Shown here: in pieces, positions 1-10,595 of the stretch
Layout of the letters: the number at the start of each line of letters is the position of its first letter
Numbering within the stretch: the first letter of the stretch is position 1
DNA from: Meyerozyma guilliermondii
Lineage: Eukaryota
Direction of reading: 5' to 3'
DNA length: 64,000 nucleotides
NCBI GenBank assembly: GCA_051546255.1
Contig: CP128817.1
Location: 1,550,001-1,614,000 of the forward strand
Notes under the pieces: generated by a model
What the model saw: only the letters and a program-made list of their open reading frames with translations
The model's database searches: none
What the model was told of the DNA's origin: nothing
Position numbers and translations under genes: made by a program

Positions 1-655
1 CCTCCGCTACGATTTTCATCGGCAATTTCCGTTTCCGAAACGTATCTGTCATGAGCTGGTAAAACTTGTGGGCGCCTCCACCAGTTGCAAGAATGTATGT
101 GATGGGCGGCTGGGACTTGGTATTGGTGGACTTTTTGATCAAGTGGATCATGAATTTGAGCACTTCTGTCGAAAAACTCTCGGTGGGGAAATCTTTGAAG
201 TGAAGTTTTCCACCGTTTCGGCCTTGTTCTGTGTCCTTGCTTTTGGTGAAATATACCAATTTTGTAAGGGTTCCGCCGATATCAACGGATATATGGATCA
301 CCTCCGAGTTGTGTTTGGGAAGCGTGATGTTCTTAGCGACTTCGTGGGCGTCTGGAGTAGCAGCTCTTTGGCGCTTGGTAGGAGTGTCAACTGCCAAATT
401 TTTTCCGTCCAAACTGACAGTCAGACTTTCATGATTGGGAGTCATTGGTGCTCCTTCACCCGAAGAGTCGGTATCGGACTCGGAATCTGACGAAGGTTGT
501 CCTGAGCTTGGCGGAGTTGGTGTTCGAGATGAACGATTGTATTCTCGAAGAAGATGATCATTGGCAATATAAGCTCCCGAACTCTCGATTTTTATGGTAC
601 CCTGGTCTACAGAGTTGAAGCTCAAGTCGCTGTGTGGCGGTTTGACGTCCAACAT
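1..655 (-). CDS. CAB1: Pantothenate kinase, 5' part only (runs off window start)
   Basis: Not in the ORF track. Manual translation from ATG 655 gives MLDVKPPHS...ISVDIGGTLTKLVYF...ILATGGGAHKF, the type II PanK signature motifs. Confidence 0.93.
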   Translation of the reverse strand, partial: MLDVKPPHSDLSFNSVDQGTIKIESSGAYIANDHLLREYNRSSRTPTPPSSGQPSSDSESDTDSSGEGAPMTPNHESLTVSLDGKNLAVDTPTKRQRAATPDAHEVAKNITLPKHNSEVIHISVDIGGTLTKLVYFTKSKDTEQGRNGGKLHFKDFPTESFSTEVLKFMIHLIKKSTNTKSQPPITYILATGGGAHKFYQLMTDTFRKRKLPMKIVAE

Positions 656-993
656 ATGAAAATTGACCACTTGACTAAAAAAACCACTTTTTTGAAGATT
701 CGTGACTGGTTGAAAAAATCGTGAATAAATATTTGTAAGTGTACAATTTTAACTTTGGGTGTCAGCTGATTGCGCCCTAAGCCTCCGGTTTGACTTGTCC
801 GCAAGCTGCAATCTCAAAACAATGACAATGACCAAAATACCCTAACTCCTGTTGGCTAACCACTTATCTGCAAATGTTGGGGCCCGGATCTGCACATAAC
901 CGTCGTACCGCGGGCGGTATTGGCATCGGCCATTATGCAGGACAAGCGTTATATTTTCATAAAGCTGCAACCAGTGAAAAACCTCCAGATTTG

Positions 994-3732
994 ATGCGGC
1001 CCTTGACGCTAGAAAATGCATACTTGCCGACGCGGTACGCCGTGGATGTCAAGGTGGACTACGCTAAGCCCAATTTTTCCGGGCAATTGGTGGCCGAGGT
1101 CGATAGGACCGGAATTGATAATGATGATGAATTCCGGTTGGTACTTCATGCACACAAGCTCGTAATCATGTCGGCTCAGGTATCCTGCGAGTCCCAACCT
1201 GCAAAGAAGGCTCAGATTGCATATGACAGACAGGCACAGACTGTCACTTTGACGGTACCGGAAAAGCTTCCAAACAAAGTCTCGGTTCACATATCTTATA
1301 TGGGCCAGATCAACACCATTAAAACATTCAAAGACACTACTCAGGGACTCTTCAAAACAAATTATCTGGACGCTATAGAAGGAAGATCAGATAATCTTAT
1401 CATCGCTACGCATATGCAGCCTCACGGAGCAAGACTAGTTTTTCCGGTAATCGATGAATTGTCTCTCAAAGTTCCTATAAAGTTGTCAATTGAGACCAGA
1501 GACGACTTTTCTGTTGCCTCGGTGGGAATCCTCGAGAAAAAGGATCAATTAGAAGACGGAATGGCCAAATTTCATTTCAAAGAAACTCCTCCAATTGCGA
1601 CATCGGTTTTTGGATTTGTTGCAGGTCACTTTGACCATGTAGAAGCTCACGTAAGTGGAATTCCCGTGAGAGTTTATGCTCTTAAAGGAGAAGCGGAAAA
1701 TGCTCAAGCTGCGCTTTCCTTGATCACTAAATTATTACCCACTTTGGAGGACCTACTTGGCTGCAAATTTCCGTTGGACAAACTCGATTTTGTGGCATTG
1801 CCTTTCTTGTCTGATGGAGCCATGGAGAACTGGGGTCTTGTGACTGTGATTTCGAGTCAGCTTTTAATTATGGATTCTGACGAGGTATCGCTACAAAGTT
1901 TGCACCAACTTCTCGCACACGAATTGGTTCACCAATGGATTGGAAACTTGGTGACTTTTGAAGACTGGCGTGATCTCTGGTTCAATGAGGCATTTGCAAC
2001 CTGGTTTGGAAACTATGCGTTGTATTTGGTGGGTTTGTATCCAAATTTCAAACTCAATATGATTCTCGACTATGAAAAAATGATGGATAGAGATTGCTTC
2101 TTGGGTTCTGGAATCATTCCTAGTATTCATGACTGCACCAAGTCGTTGAGTACCGGTTTGGAATGTTCAACTTCTACGTTGTTTGATAGAACTGCCTACG
2201 AAAAAGGTATAAATATGTTGAATATGGCTGCAAATCTTGTCCAACAAGATACGTTAAAAGTGTCAAAGACATACGACCGGTTTTCTCTGGCGGTTTCAAA
2301 GGTTATACAGGCTTTCAAGTTCAAGTCTATTAAGGCTTTTGAGTTTTGGAACGTTGTCAACGACCATGCTTCGGCAGATTTGAATGCGTTTTACCATTCT
2401 TGGGTCCGTCAATCAGCATACCCAATTTTACAGGTTTCAAGAGCAGACGATACCATAACAATTGAGCAAAATCGATTCATTTTCAACTCGGATCCAAAGT
2501 CGCAAGATATTGAAAATTCTCCATATCAAGTTCCTCTTTCCATAAAGGTTTTGGACGATAATGGAGACGTCAAAATACTTAATTTGGTACTTCTGGACCG
2601 CCGAACAGAGATAAACTTGCCGTCTTCTCGGTTAGTTTTGTTTAATTTCAATGGTTCCGGGTACCATCGTGTGTCTTACCTGGAAATGCTAATTGGTGAA
2701 ATTTGCAGCAATGTCAAATACATGTCCACCGAAGACCAAATATCATTTATTTTCGACTCAGGAAAGCTCTTGGGACAGGAATTGTACACCGAAAACTCAT
2801 TAAAGACACTCATAGCTTATCTTAGAGTATTGAGCCAACCAGAATGGAAGTTGGATTATGAGGTTCTCACCATGGCTATGAATTATTTGGAGACTCTCAA
2901 CGCCATTCTTTTACACTTTTCACACTATAGTGCGTTCCAGAATTGGCTTGCAAGATATACAGCAGAACTCTGGAGCAAATTGGGCAATTGGGACAACTTG
3001 ACAAATATTCAACCCAACTACTCACAAAACGAAATGCTTTCAAGAAACTCAATTTTGTTGTTGAGTAGAAACCCAGACTCCACCAGTCTCTGCCGCCGGA
3101 TATTCAGGTTGCTAATGAACCCCAAGCCTGGCTTTTTCGTTCCCAAAGAGCTTTTATCGGCAGTATTCAACCTCACCATGGCGGTTGCGAACCAGAAGGA
3201 ATATAAGCAAATTCTTCTGATGGTGAAAAATTCCAACCTGTCGATTCTTGCCCATACCAACGCTTCGGTATCTGAGTTGCAAACCGTAGCCGTTTCAAGT
3301 TTATCGTTCTGTGAATCTGAGGAATTGTTAGCTAAAAGCTTGAATTTCACCATGACAAATATCGACTCCAAATTGATTGAATTGAGTCTTTTGGGGTTCC
3401 AGTTCAAGCCCTCCAAGCACCACCGGCTCAAGATCTTTGAGTGGTACAATTTGCATTATGATCAATGGGCCAAAAAATCATTAAGAAAGGGCTCCGATTG
3501 GGCGAAACAGCTTGCACTGACAATGAAGAATATGGACCTTATTATTTTGGGAGACATAATGCAATACGACAAAGAGCTTATTTTGAAGAGAAAGCGGTTT
3601 GTCGAGGAGAAATTGGCAAAGTTGCTGGAACACGGTCTTAAAGATATTATGGAGGAGATCGAGGCTCAAAATGAGGAGAAGAAAATTATTGGAAAGTATT
3701 ATGACAGACTTGAGAAAGAGGTGTTTGAGTAA
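994..3732 (+). CDS. M1-family zinc aminopeptidase (Ape2/Aap1/Tma108-like)
   Basis: GAMEN motif, HELVH-x18-E (WFNE) zinc motif and catalytic Tyr region AYEKG. The ORF is open from ATG 874; ATG 994 is the more likely start. Confidence 0.9.
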   Translation: MRPLTLENAYLPTRYAVDVKVDYAKPNFSGQLVAEVDRTGIDNDDEFRLVLHAHKLVIMSAQVSCESQPAKKAQIAYDRQAQTVTLTVPEKLPNKVSVHISYMGQINTIKTFKDTTQGLFKTNYLDAIEGRSDNLIIATHMQPHGARLVFPVIDELSLKVPIKLSIETRDDFSVASVGILEKKDQLEDGMAKFHFKETPPIATSVFGFVAGHFDHVEAHVSGIPVRVYALKGEAENAQAALSLITKLLPTLEDLLGCKFPLDKLDFVALPFLSDGAMENWGLVTVISSQLLIMDSDEVSLQSLHQLLAHELVHQWIGNLVTFEDWRDLWFNEAFATWFGNYALYLVGLYPNFKLNMILDYEKMMDRDCFLGSGIIPSIHDCTKSLSTGLECSTSTLFDRTAYEKGINMLNMAANLVQQDTLKVSKTYDRFSLAVSKVIQAFKFKSIKAFEFWNVVNDHASADLNAFYHSWVRQSAYPILQVSRADDTITIEQNRFIFNSDPKSQDIENSPYQVPLSIKVLDDNGDVKILNLVLLDRRTEINLPSSRLVLFNFNGSGYHRVSYLEMLIGEICSNVKYMSTEDQISFIFDSGKLLGQELYTENSLKTLIAYLRVLSQPEWKLDYEVLTMAMNYLETLNAILLHFSHYSAFQNWLARYTAELWSKLGNWDNLTNIQPNYSQNEMLSRNSILLLSRNPDSTSLCRRIFRLLMNPKPGFFVPKELLSAVFNLTMAVANQKEYKQILLMVKNSNLSILAHTNASVSELQTVAVSSLSFCESEELLAKSLNFTMTNIDSKLIELSLLGFQFKPSKHHRLKIFEWYNLHYDQWAKKSLRKGSDWAKQLALTMKNMDLIILGDIMQYDKELILKRKRFVEEKLAKLLEHGLKDIMEEIEAQNEEKKIIGKYYDRLEKEVFE

Positions 3733-3746
3733 TTGTGGAGTGGAGG

Positions 3747-4170
3747 ATTGAAGACTGAATAATGTTCATTGCTGAAAATTGAAGGTTGAATACTTCATTA
3801 CTGCGGATTGAAGACTGAAGTATTCATTACTGTGATGAAAGACTGAATTATTGAAATTGATAACTGAATTATTCAATACTGAAAATTGAAGACTGATATA
3901 TTGTTAAAACTGAGGATTGAAGACTGGATTATTATTCATCTCTGAAGTTTGAAGGCCGAATATTATTCATTACTGAAAATTGAAAACTGAAATGTTTTTC
4001 AGGACTGAAAATTGAAGACTGAATATTATTTATTACTGAAAATGGAAGACTGAATTATTCATTGCTGAAAATTGATGATTATAATATTACTGAAAATGGA
4101 TTATTCATTACTGTGGATTGAAGACCGAATTACTGAGAATTGAAGATTGAATATTTTCAGAACTGAAAAA
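3747..4170. repeat. Degenerate ~30-bp tandem minisatellite, about 15 units, consensus ATTGAAGACTGAATATTATTCATTACTGAAA
   Basis: Units read directly, e.g. attgaagactgaataatgttcattgctgaaa, attgaagactgaatattatttattactgaaa, atggaagactgaattattcattgctgaaa. Confidence 0.92.
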
Positions 4171-4299
4171 TACATTGGTGAGTTTTCACTCTAAGAGCTG
4201 AATTTCTTACATTATCTTCATTCAATTCAATTAAGATTACTTTCACTTTCAGTTTGAAGTCAATTACCACTTTGAAATTTCTTCAAATTTCTCATTATT

Positions 4300-4704
4300 C
4301 TATATATCCCATTGGAACCCGCTCTTGGTCTTAACTGCAGCAAGAATGGTACTAGCAATCCATTCTTCGTGGTCTTCAGCTATAGGAGACGTACAACGAG
4401 AAACAGGAATGCTTGCTGGCTTTTCATAGTCATGGCGACAATCGGAACAGGTACATATATCTGTGAGAATCGACTCTGTTTTTCGATCCAGAAACCCGCT
4501 GGATTGACTAGAAACCGATTCTTTTTTGGTGTGGTTTCCCGAATTGACGTGGAAATTAGGCATGGAAGTTGCGGCCGATGGAGATGAGTATGGAACCGAC
4601 GGTGGAAATGAGTCGAAAATGCCTGACTGTGATACCAATGGACTCGAATTGGCCGAATTCGGGGCATCCAGTTTATTACGTTTCAAGCGAACTGGCTTGA
4701 GCAT
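4300..4704 (-). CDS. Hypothetical Ser/Pro-rich 134-aa protein
   Basis: ATG-initiated ORF filling an otherwise empty gap. Has a CTCSDC motif and an amphipathic C-terminal segment (EEWIASTILAAVK). No family recognised. Confidence 0.55.
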   Translation of the reverse strand: MLKPVRLKRNKLDAPNSANSSPLVSQSGIFDSFPPSVPYSSPSAATSMPNFHVNSGNHTKKESVSSQSSGFLDRKTESILTDICTCSDCRHDYEKPASIPVSRCTSPIAEDHEEWIASTILAAVKTKSGFQWDI

Positions 4705-4926
4705 AGATGATTTTGAAATACTTGTACATACTTATAACAGCCCGTTGGGCGAAATTCGAAACTCGAACTGCACCTCGTGCTTCTGGAAGCACTGTCAAAG
4801 CATATGCATGAACCGAGGGAAGCGCCTTGCGCCCTCCGCATATTATTTATGCACACGTTTGCCCCGGGTTTCGCTTATATGCACGTTGGTCCCTGGCTCA
4901 TAATTCGGTCCTACCAACTAGTTGTG

Positions 4927-7038
4927 TTACTGGAGCTTCTCGTTCTCAAGTCCTTCCTCCTTCTCGAGCTCAAACATCTCTTGGATATTCCAGAGATTGG
5001 CGTAGATCAGATCTTTTTCCACCAATTCCTTGTGAGTTCCCTCTTCTTGCACCCGGCCCTGGTTGAGAACGATTATTTTGTCGGCGTCGGCAATGGTTCG
5101 TAATCTATGGGCAATGCTGACATTGGTGTTGATTTCCGAATGCGACACTTCGCGGATCGTTTTGAGAAGCGATTGCTCGGTGTGGGTATCCAAAGCTGAT
5201 GTGGCTTCGTCAAAAAATGTGATTGGTGCATGCTTAAGCATCAACCGAGCCATGGCAAGTCTCTGTTTTTCTCCGCCAGAAATCATCATTCCTCGTTCTC
5301 CTACTATGGTGTTGACTCCGTCGGGCAAATCCTTAACCAATTTGTCGAGTTGAACTCGTTTTATCATTTCGTCAATTTCTTCGTCAGAAGCATCGAGTCG
5401 TCCATACCGAATATTTTCCTTGATAGTATCGTTGAAAAGCGGAGTTTCCTGTGGAACAATGCCAATGGCTCGGCGAAGCGACTCAATGGTTACTTGCGAG
5501 ATATCTTGGCCGTCTATCAAAATTCGGCCCAGTTGCGCATCGTAGAACCGGAAAACTAGCCGCAAAACCGTTGACTTTCCGCTACCTGAGGGCCCAACTA
5601 TAGCCACTTTTTGGCCTGCTGGGATCACAAACGAAGCATTTTTCAAGATGGGTCGGTCGGGATGGTACCCAAAAGTGACATTTTCAAACCGAATTTCTCC
5701 GGGAATGGTGTGCTGGTTGAGCACCAACGGCTTGGCTCCAGGTACATCTTTGATCTTGATTTCGTGCTCCTGGAGCTGGAAAAGGTTTTCCATGTCAAGA
5801 AGCGACTGCTTGAGTTCTCTGTAAACGGAACCAAGAAAGTTTAACGGAACCGAAAGTTGGAAAACTAGCTGGTTGATCAACACCAAATCTCCCACACTAA
5901 GACCACCAGTAGCCACGCCTTGGCACCCCATATACATCATAGCGGTCAAAGCCGAAGTAAAGATGAAATTTTGGCCGGCATTAAGAAACGCCAAAGAAGT
6001 TGCCGTATTGATAGAGGCATTTTGGTATTTTAAAAGTGCAGACTCGTACTTGGAAGCTTGAAACTGCTCGTTATTGAAGTACTTGACCGACTCGTAGTTT
6101 ATCAATGAATCAAGCGCTACATTTGCAGCCTCGTTATCGGCATTATTGGCATCTCGCCGAAACTGGGTCCTCCAAGCGGTGGTTCTAATGGTGAAAATTG
6201 AGTACGCTAACATGGTGGAAAGCGTTACAGCTGCAAATGTGGCTCCGTAATTGTATGTTAAAATGCCACAAACCACCGTAATCTCAAAAGAAATGGGAAT
6301 AATGTGGAAAACCATCGCACTTAGTACGTAGGATATTCCTTTGGTGCCTCGATCTATGGCTCGGGTCAACCCACCGGTCTGCCGTGAAAGGTGAAATTGC
6401 AAATCCATATTGAGCAAGTGTCTGAATGTGTTCTGGGCTACTCTCTTGATTGCCGACTGTGCTACCGACGCAAAAACGGCGTTTCGCAACTCTCCAAAAA
6501 GCACCGCTCCAAACCTGGCTCCACCATAAGCAAGGATCAATGTTCCAACCACGGTTCCCACCGTTCCTAGCTGTTGTTCCCAATTGATATTCATCTCGTC
6601 AATAATGCTTTTGAAGAAAAACGGAACTTGAACATTTAATAATTTGGAACCGATCAAGAGTAAAAGCGCTATAACCACTCTGATTTTGAAATTTGGTTTA
6701 TTTTTCGGCCAAATCGTCTTCAACAACGACCCAAGCATCTTCAGCTGGGACGTTGAGATTTCCGTGCCAAAGAGGCTGGACGGCTTTTCATTCTTGAGCG
6801 GAGATGAGGTATGCAACCCTCGGATGCACCTTGGTTTCGGTGCATATGTACATGCACGCAGAATCGTTCTCGAGAATGGTAACGGCGACCGGCTGCCAAA
6901 ACCCGACCTCGGAACTGGAATGGCCGGAATTGGTCCCGTACCATTCGATATAGCTGGCCGGAATCCGAACGACGAAAACGGCCGTATACTGAGCTTTGCT
7001 GTCATTACACGCCCGGGAAGCCTTCGGAAGCTCCACAT
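4927..7038 (-). CDS. ATM1: Mitochondrial ABC half-transporter for Fe-S export
   Basis: Arg/Ser-rich presequence, [17 protein letters not shown], Walker [25 protein letters not shown]. Confidence 0.96.
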   Translation of the reverse strand: MWSFRRLPGRVMTAKLSIRPFSSFGFRPAISNGTGPIPAIPVPRSGFGSRSPLPFSRTILRACTYAPKPRCIRGLHTSSPLKNEKPSSLFGTEISTSQLKMLGSLLKTIWPKNKPNFKIRVVIALLLLIGSKLLNVQVPFFFKSIIDEMNINWEQQLGTVGTVVGTLILAYGGARFGAVLFGELRNAVFASVAQSAIKRVAQNTFRHLLNMDLQFHLSRQTGGLTRAIDRGTKGISYVLSAMVFHIIPISFEITVVCGILTYNYGATFAAVTLSTMLAYSIFTIRTTAWRTQFRRDANNADNEAANVALDSLINYESVKYFNNEQFQASKYESALLKYQNASINTATSLAFLNAGQNFIFTSALTAMMYMGCQGVATGGLSVGDLVLINQLVFQLSVPLNFLGSVYRELKQSLLDMENLFQLQEHEIKIKDVPGAKPLVLNQHTIPGEIRFENVTFGYHPDRPILKNASFVIPAGQKVAIVGPSGSGKSTVLRLVFRFYDAQLGRILIDGQDISQVTIESLRRAIGIVPQETPLFNDTIKENIRYGRLDASDEEIDEMIKRVQLDKLVKDLPDGVNTIVGERGMMISGGEKQRLAMARLMLKHAPITFFDEATSALDTHTEQSLLKTIREVSHSEINTNVSIAHRLRTIADADKIIVLNQGRVQEEGTHKELVEKDLIYANLWNIQEMFELEKEEGLENEKLQ

Positions 7039-7592
7039 GATGTTGTAAATTGTAAGCTAATGGTAATCTTCGGATCCGATCCACAGTAAACACATCCGTA
7101 CACCACATGTACCCTGCCGGTTGCAGATCAGATAAAAGGCCAACTAAAATAGTGAGAATACAAGCTTTCATTACAATAGATACAAGAAAGTAATCGGTTT
7201 ATTAATTAGTAGTATTTTTGGATGAGTTACATGGTGACATGTTCGTATGGTTCTTTGGATTTTGTCTTTAAAGGTCCATTAATACTTTGAGCCTTAAATT
7301 AAGATTAGTACCAAATTCTTCTAAAGATAATTTATTATGAAAGTTCTAGTAATAAATAAAGAATTAGATCAGGTTTATATAGTTATGATTGGAACGTAAA
7401 ATATATAAGAAGAAATAGATAGTCTACTTCAAAACTAAAAGTACTAATGAGTTAATGATAGTCATAAATCTAAGTTATATTTCATAAGGAGAAGAAGAGT
7501 AGATATGAATTTACTCGTTTATAAAGCACCAACGGTATTTTTTCTCATACTATTAGCATCTAACAAACTTATTATTCTATCTTCATATCTCA

Positions 7593-9284
7593 TCAGTTTT
7601 CAGCATTTGTTTGTGCCGACAATGTAGCCTGAGCCACCAAGTTTGCCGGAGCATCCATACGAGGCAACATCACCTCGATCATTCTGATCTTGGAATTTGT
7701 TGCAAAATCGGGATCGGAGAACAATTTGTCAATTTCACCAGTGGTAGAAACTTGGTAAGTTTCGTAGTTTCTAGCATTGAACAAAGGTAAAAGCGCCAAA
7801 TTATTCCATGGTTGAATGTCGTTATAAGTGGCATTGACTCCGTGGATCAATCTTTCGATGGTGTAACCGTCGTTGTTTAAAACAAAAAGATATGGAGTGG
7901 TTTCCCATTTGACCATGGTGGAGATTTCCTGGACTGTCAATTGCAACGAACCGTCTCCAACAAAGAGAATGACTCTCTTAGCCGGGTCAATTTCCTGGGC
8001 TGCCATAACAGCGCCTAAAGTGGCTCCAACTGTGAACCCAATTGAGCCCCACAAAACTTGCGAAATTCCCACGGTTTGGTTGGGAAACCGAGACTGGACA
8101 ATTCCAAAAGCTGAAGTACCGGTTTCGGTAATGATAATGTCTCCTTCCCGGAACCACGAAGAAACTTTTGTCCAGAGCCATTCTTGGCTCAATTGAGTCG
8201 AAGCTGGACCGGGAGTGTTGAGCAATTTGACGTTGGGAACCGGACATGGTTGGTAGCCTTTCAGGGCTTGTGCGACACTTTCCAAGAGTTTTCGAAGTGC
8301 CTCTTTCATCTGGACTCCAGGGTAAGTAGCTTGTCTGATTTTGGTGTAATCGGAGTGGAATTCGACAATATTTTTGGTTTTGTAAGAATAGGAAAATGAA
8401 CCAGTGTTGAAATCAGACAAAAGGGCGCCCACAGAAAGCACCAAATCAGCACTTTCAACAGCCTCCTTCACTTCAGGCTGCGATAAAGTTCCAACATAAA
8501 CTCCACCAAATCTTTTATGGGATTCGTTGATGGTAGATTTACCCATTGGAGTGGTAAAAACTGGAAATTGGGTAACATCCACCAACTTTTCCACCTCACC
8601 ACGACAATTGTGTCTTGAAGCACAAGCGTCCACCAAAATTATAGGATCTTTGGCCTCGGAAATCAACTTTAAAACGAGATCCACAACCTCTTCTTGCGCA
8701 TCTGGATCGTTAGGTTTCAACGATGTGTCAAGTGGAGTGTCCAATAAAGAAGCAGGAACCTTCAAATCAACCAAATTAGCAGGTAATCCCACATATACGG
8801 GACGCTGGTACACATAGGCTTCTCTGATACATCTATCGATCTCTTTGGGTGCATGGTTGATATCTGAGATAAACGCCGTTGTCTGCGAAATATTGTTTGA
8901 CATGCGATGAAAAACTGTAAAATCGCCGTTTCCCAAAGTATGGTGCAACAACAACTGTTTAGCTTGGGAGGTGATTGAGGGAATTCCAACAACGTGCAAG
9001 AGTCCAACATGCTCAGCATAGGCACCAGCCACACCATTGAGTGCCGAAAGTTCACCAACTCCAAAAGTCGTCACCAAACAGGATAAACCTTTGATTCTCG
9101 AATATCCATCGGCTGCATAAGCAGCATTAAGTTCATTTGCATTTCCTGCCCATCTCATGCCATCCACCTCGTAAATCTTATCCAATAAACTTAAATTAAA
9201 GTCTCCAGGAACTCCAAAGATGGAGTTGACATTGAGTTGAGAAAGTCTCTCAAAGAGGTAACGGCCCAAAGTAATTTCTGTCAT
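7593..9284 (-). CDS. PDC1: Pyruvate decarboxylase
   Basis: MTEITLGRYLFERL, FGVPGDFNL, NELNAAYAADGY and TPP-binding GDGS...NN motif. Paralog number (PDC1/PDC11) not resolved. Confidence 0.95.
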   Translation of the reverse strand: MTEITLGRYLFERLSQLNVNSIFGVPGDFNLSLLDKIYEVDGMRWAGNANELNAAYAADGYSRIKGLSCLVTTFGVGELSALNGVAGAYAEHVGLLHVVGIPSITSQAKQLLLHHTLGNGDFTVFHRMSNNISQTTAFISDINHAPKEIDRCIREAYVYQRPVYVGLPANLVDLKVPASLLDTPLDTSLKPNDPDAQEEVVDLVLKLISEAKDPIILVDACASRHNCRGEVEKLVDVTQFPVFTTPMGKSTINESHKRFGGVYVGTLSQPEVKEAVESADLVLSVGALLSDFNTGSFSYSYKTKNIVEFHSDYTKIRQATYPGVQMKEALRKLLESVAQALKGYQPCPVPNVKLLNTPGPASTQLSQEWLWTKVSSWFREGDIIITETGTSAFGIVQSRFPNQTVGISQVLWGSIGFTVGATLGAVMAAQEIDPAKRVILFVGDGSLQLTVQEISTMVKWETTPYLFVLNNDGYTIERLIHGVNATYNDIQPWNNLALLPLFNARNYETYQVSTTGEIDKLFSDPDFATNSKIRMIEVMLPRMDAPANLVAQATLSAQTNAEN

Positions 9285-9596
9285 GATGATTTTTGCAGCA
9301 ATCTGCCGCTGTATTTATACACATTTACGCATCATCCGATATGCGGATGTAAGAGATGTGTAAATGCATAGCATGATGTGACGCACCTACGTAAGCGCAT
9401 GAACTGACCACCCGCAGAAGCGCATGCCCCCCCCCCCAAAAAAACAAAAACTCGTGGTCGTGCCCGCCCATTCCTGTGGTCGTGCCCCGCCATGCCGCCC
9501 ACCTGAAATCCACATGATAAAAACTCGTGACAAGCTATAAACAACATCAGCACCTCGAGTTTGCAGCCAAAAATAACGCCGTAAAATCTCCCAAAC
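9285..9596. promoter_or_regulatory. Divergent PDC/CBF1 promoter with TATA and a duplicated GC-rich 18-mer
   Basis: TATAAA on minus at 9314-9319. GTGGTCGTGCCCGCCCAT and GTGGTCGTGCCCCGCCAT in tandem at about 9454-9493. Confidence 0.5.
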
Positions 9597-10325
9597 ATGT
9601 CGAAAAGAGAGGCCGATTCTATTGGACACGAAAGTGAAAAGAAATTGAAAACCGATAAGAAAGATGACATTGCCATTGATTCCGAGCTCCTTGGTCAACA
9701 AACTTCTTATGGGAGTCCCGAGGGTAATCAAGAATCTTCTGAAGCTCTGGCTGCAGCTGCTGCAGCTGCTGCCGCTGTAGCTGCACAACCTGCAAGTGCC
9801 GCGGCCGCAGCTGCATTAACATCGCAGCAACATCAGCAGCAACAGCACCATCAACAACAACAATTGCAGCAACAATTGGCGTACCAGAATGCATTCAGAC
9901 AGTCGCAAGGTGGGCTGCACCTGCCGTCTCTGGGAATGTCTCTGATTCAGCCAACAACACTTCCTCCTTCGTCGTCAAAGCCGCTGCATGGTTCGGAGGA
10001 ATGGCACAAACAACGTCGTGAGAACCATAAAGAGGTGGAACGCAGACGCCGTGAGTCAATTAATCTTTGGATCAAGGAATTGGCAAATTTGATTCCCACC
10101 ACCGATACAAACAAGTCGCAGATTTTGCAACGGGCGGTGGAATATATTAAGCGTCTTAAGGAAAATGAGAGTAATAATATTGAAAAATGGACTCTTGAAA
10201 AACTTTTGACCGACCAAGCGGTATCTGAATTGAGTGCTTCGAATGAAAAGTTGAAGGCGGAATTGCAAAAGGCATACCGTGAGGCTGAACACTGGAGAAG
10301 AATTGCCGAAGACAAGGAGAAGTAG
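9597..10325 (+). CDS. CBF1: bHLH-leucine zipper transcription factor Cbf1
   Basis: HKEVERRRRESIN bHLH, followed by NIEKWTLEKLLTDQAVSELSASNEKLK typical of Cbf1. N-terminal polyA and polyQ tracts. Confidence 0.93.
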   Translation: MSKREADSIGHESEKKLKTDKKDDIAIDSELLGQQTSYGSPEGNQESSEALAAAAAAAAAVAAQPASAAAAAALTSQQHQQQQHHQQQQLQQQLAYQNAFRQSQGGLHLPSLGMSLIQPTTLPPSSSKPLHGSEEWHKQRRENHKEVERRRRESINLWIKELANLIPTTDTNKSQILQRAVEYIKRLKENESNNIEKWTLEKLLTDQAVSELSASNEKLKAELQKAYREAEHWRRIAEDKEK

Positions 10326-10329
10326 GAGT

Positions 10330-10390
10330 GATAGACGAGAGACAGAGAGAAGAGACAGAGAGAAGAGACAAGAGAGATGGAGAGTAATGA
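10330..10390 (+). repeat. GA-rich microsatellite just after the CBF1 stop
   Basis: gagacagagagaagagacagagagaagagacaagagag. Confidence 0.7.
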
Positions 10391-10595
10391 AGGAAGTGTC
10401 TAATTGAAGTTCCTGAGCGTGAAGAGCTCGATATCTGAGTACGGTACAAGTCTCTCCATCAAGTGTAAAGTATTGGTGTATATTAATATGATTATGATTG
10501 TTGTGTAGACTATCAAGTGTCATTTGATTTATTGTCAAGTGTAATAATCATTTATTTGTGACTCTTCGAATTCATTAATTGTGACTTCTTCAACT

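Noticed and set aside
68..490. Plus-strand 140-aa ORF and the many other short ORFs antisense to or nested in long genes
   Set aside because: These are shadow ORFs of real genes (here antisense to CAB1). Most start at non-ATG codons and have no recognisable motifs.
3747..4170. CRISPR-like appearance of the ~30-bp repeat array
   Set aside because: Units are contiguous and degenerate with no unique spacers, there are no cas genes, and the context is eukaryotic.
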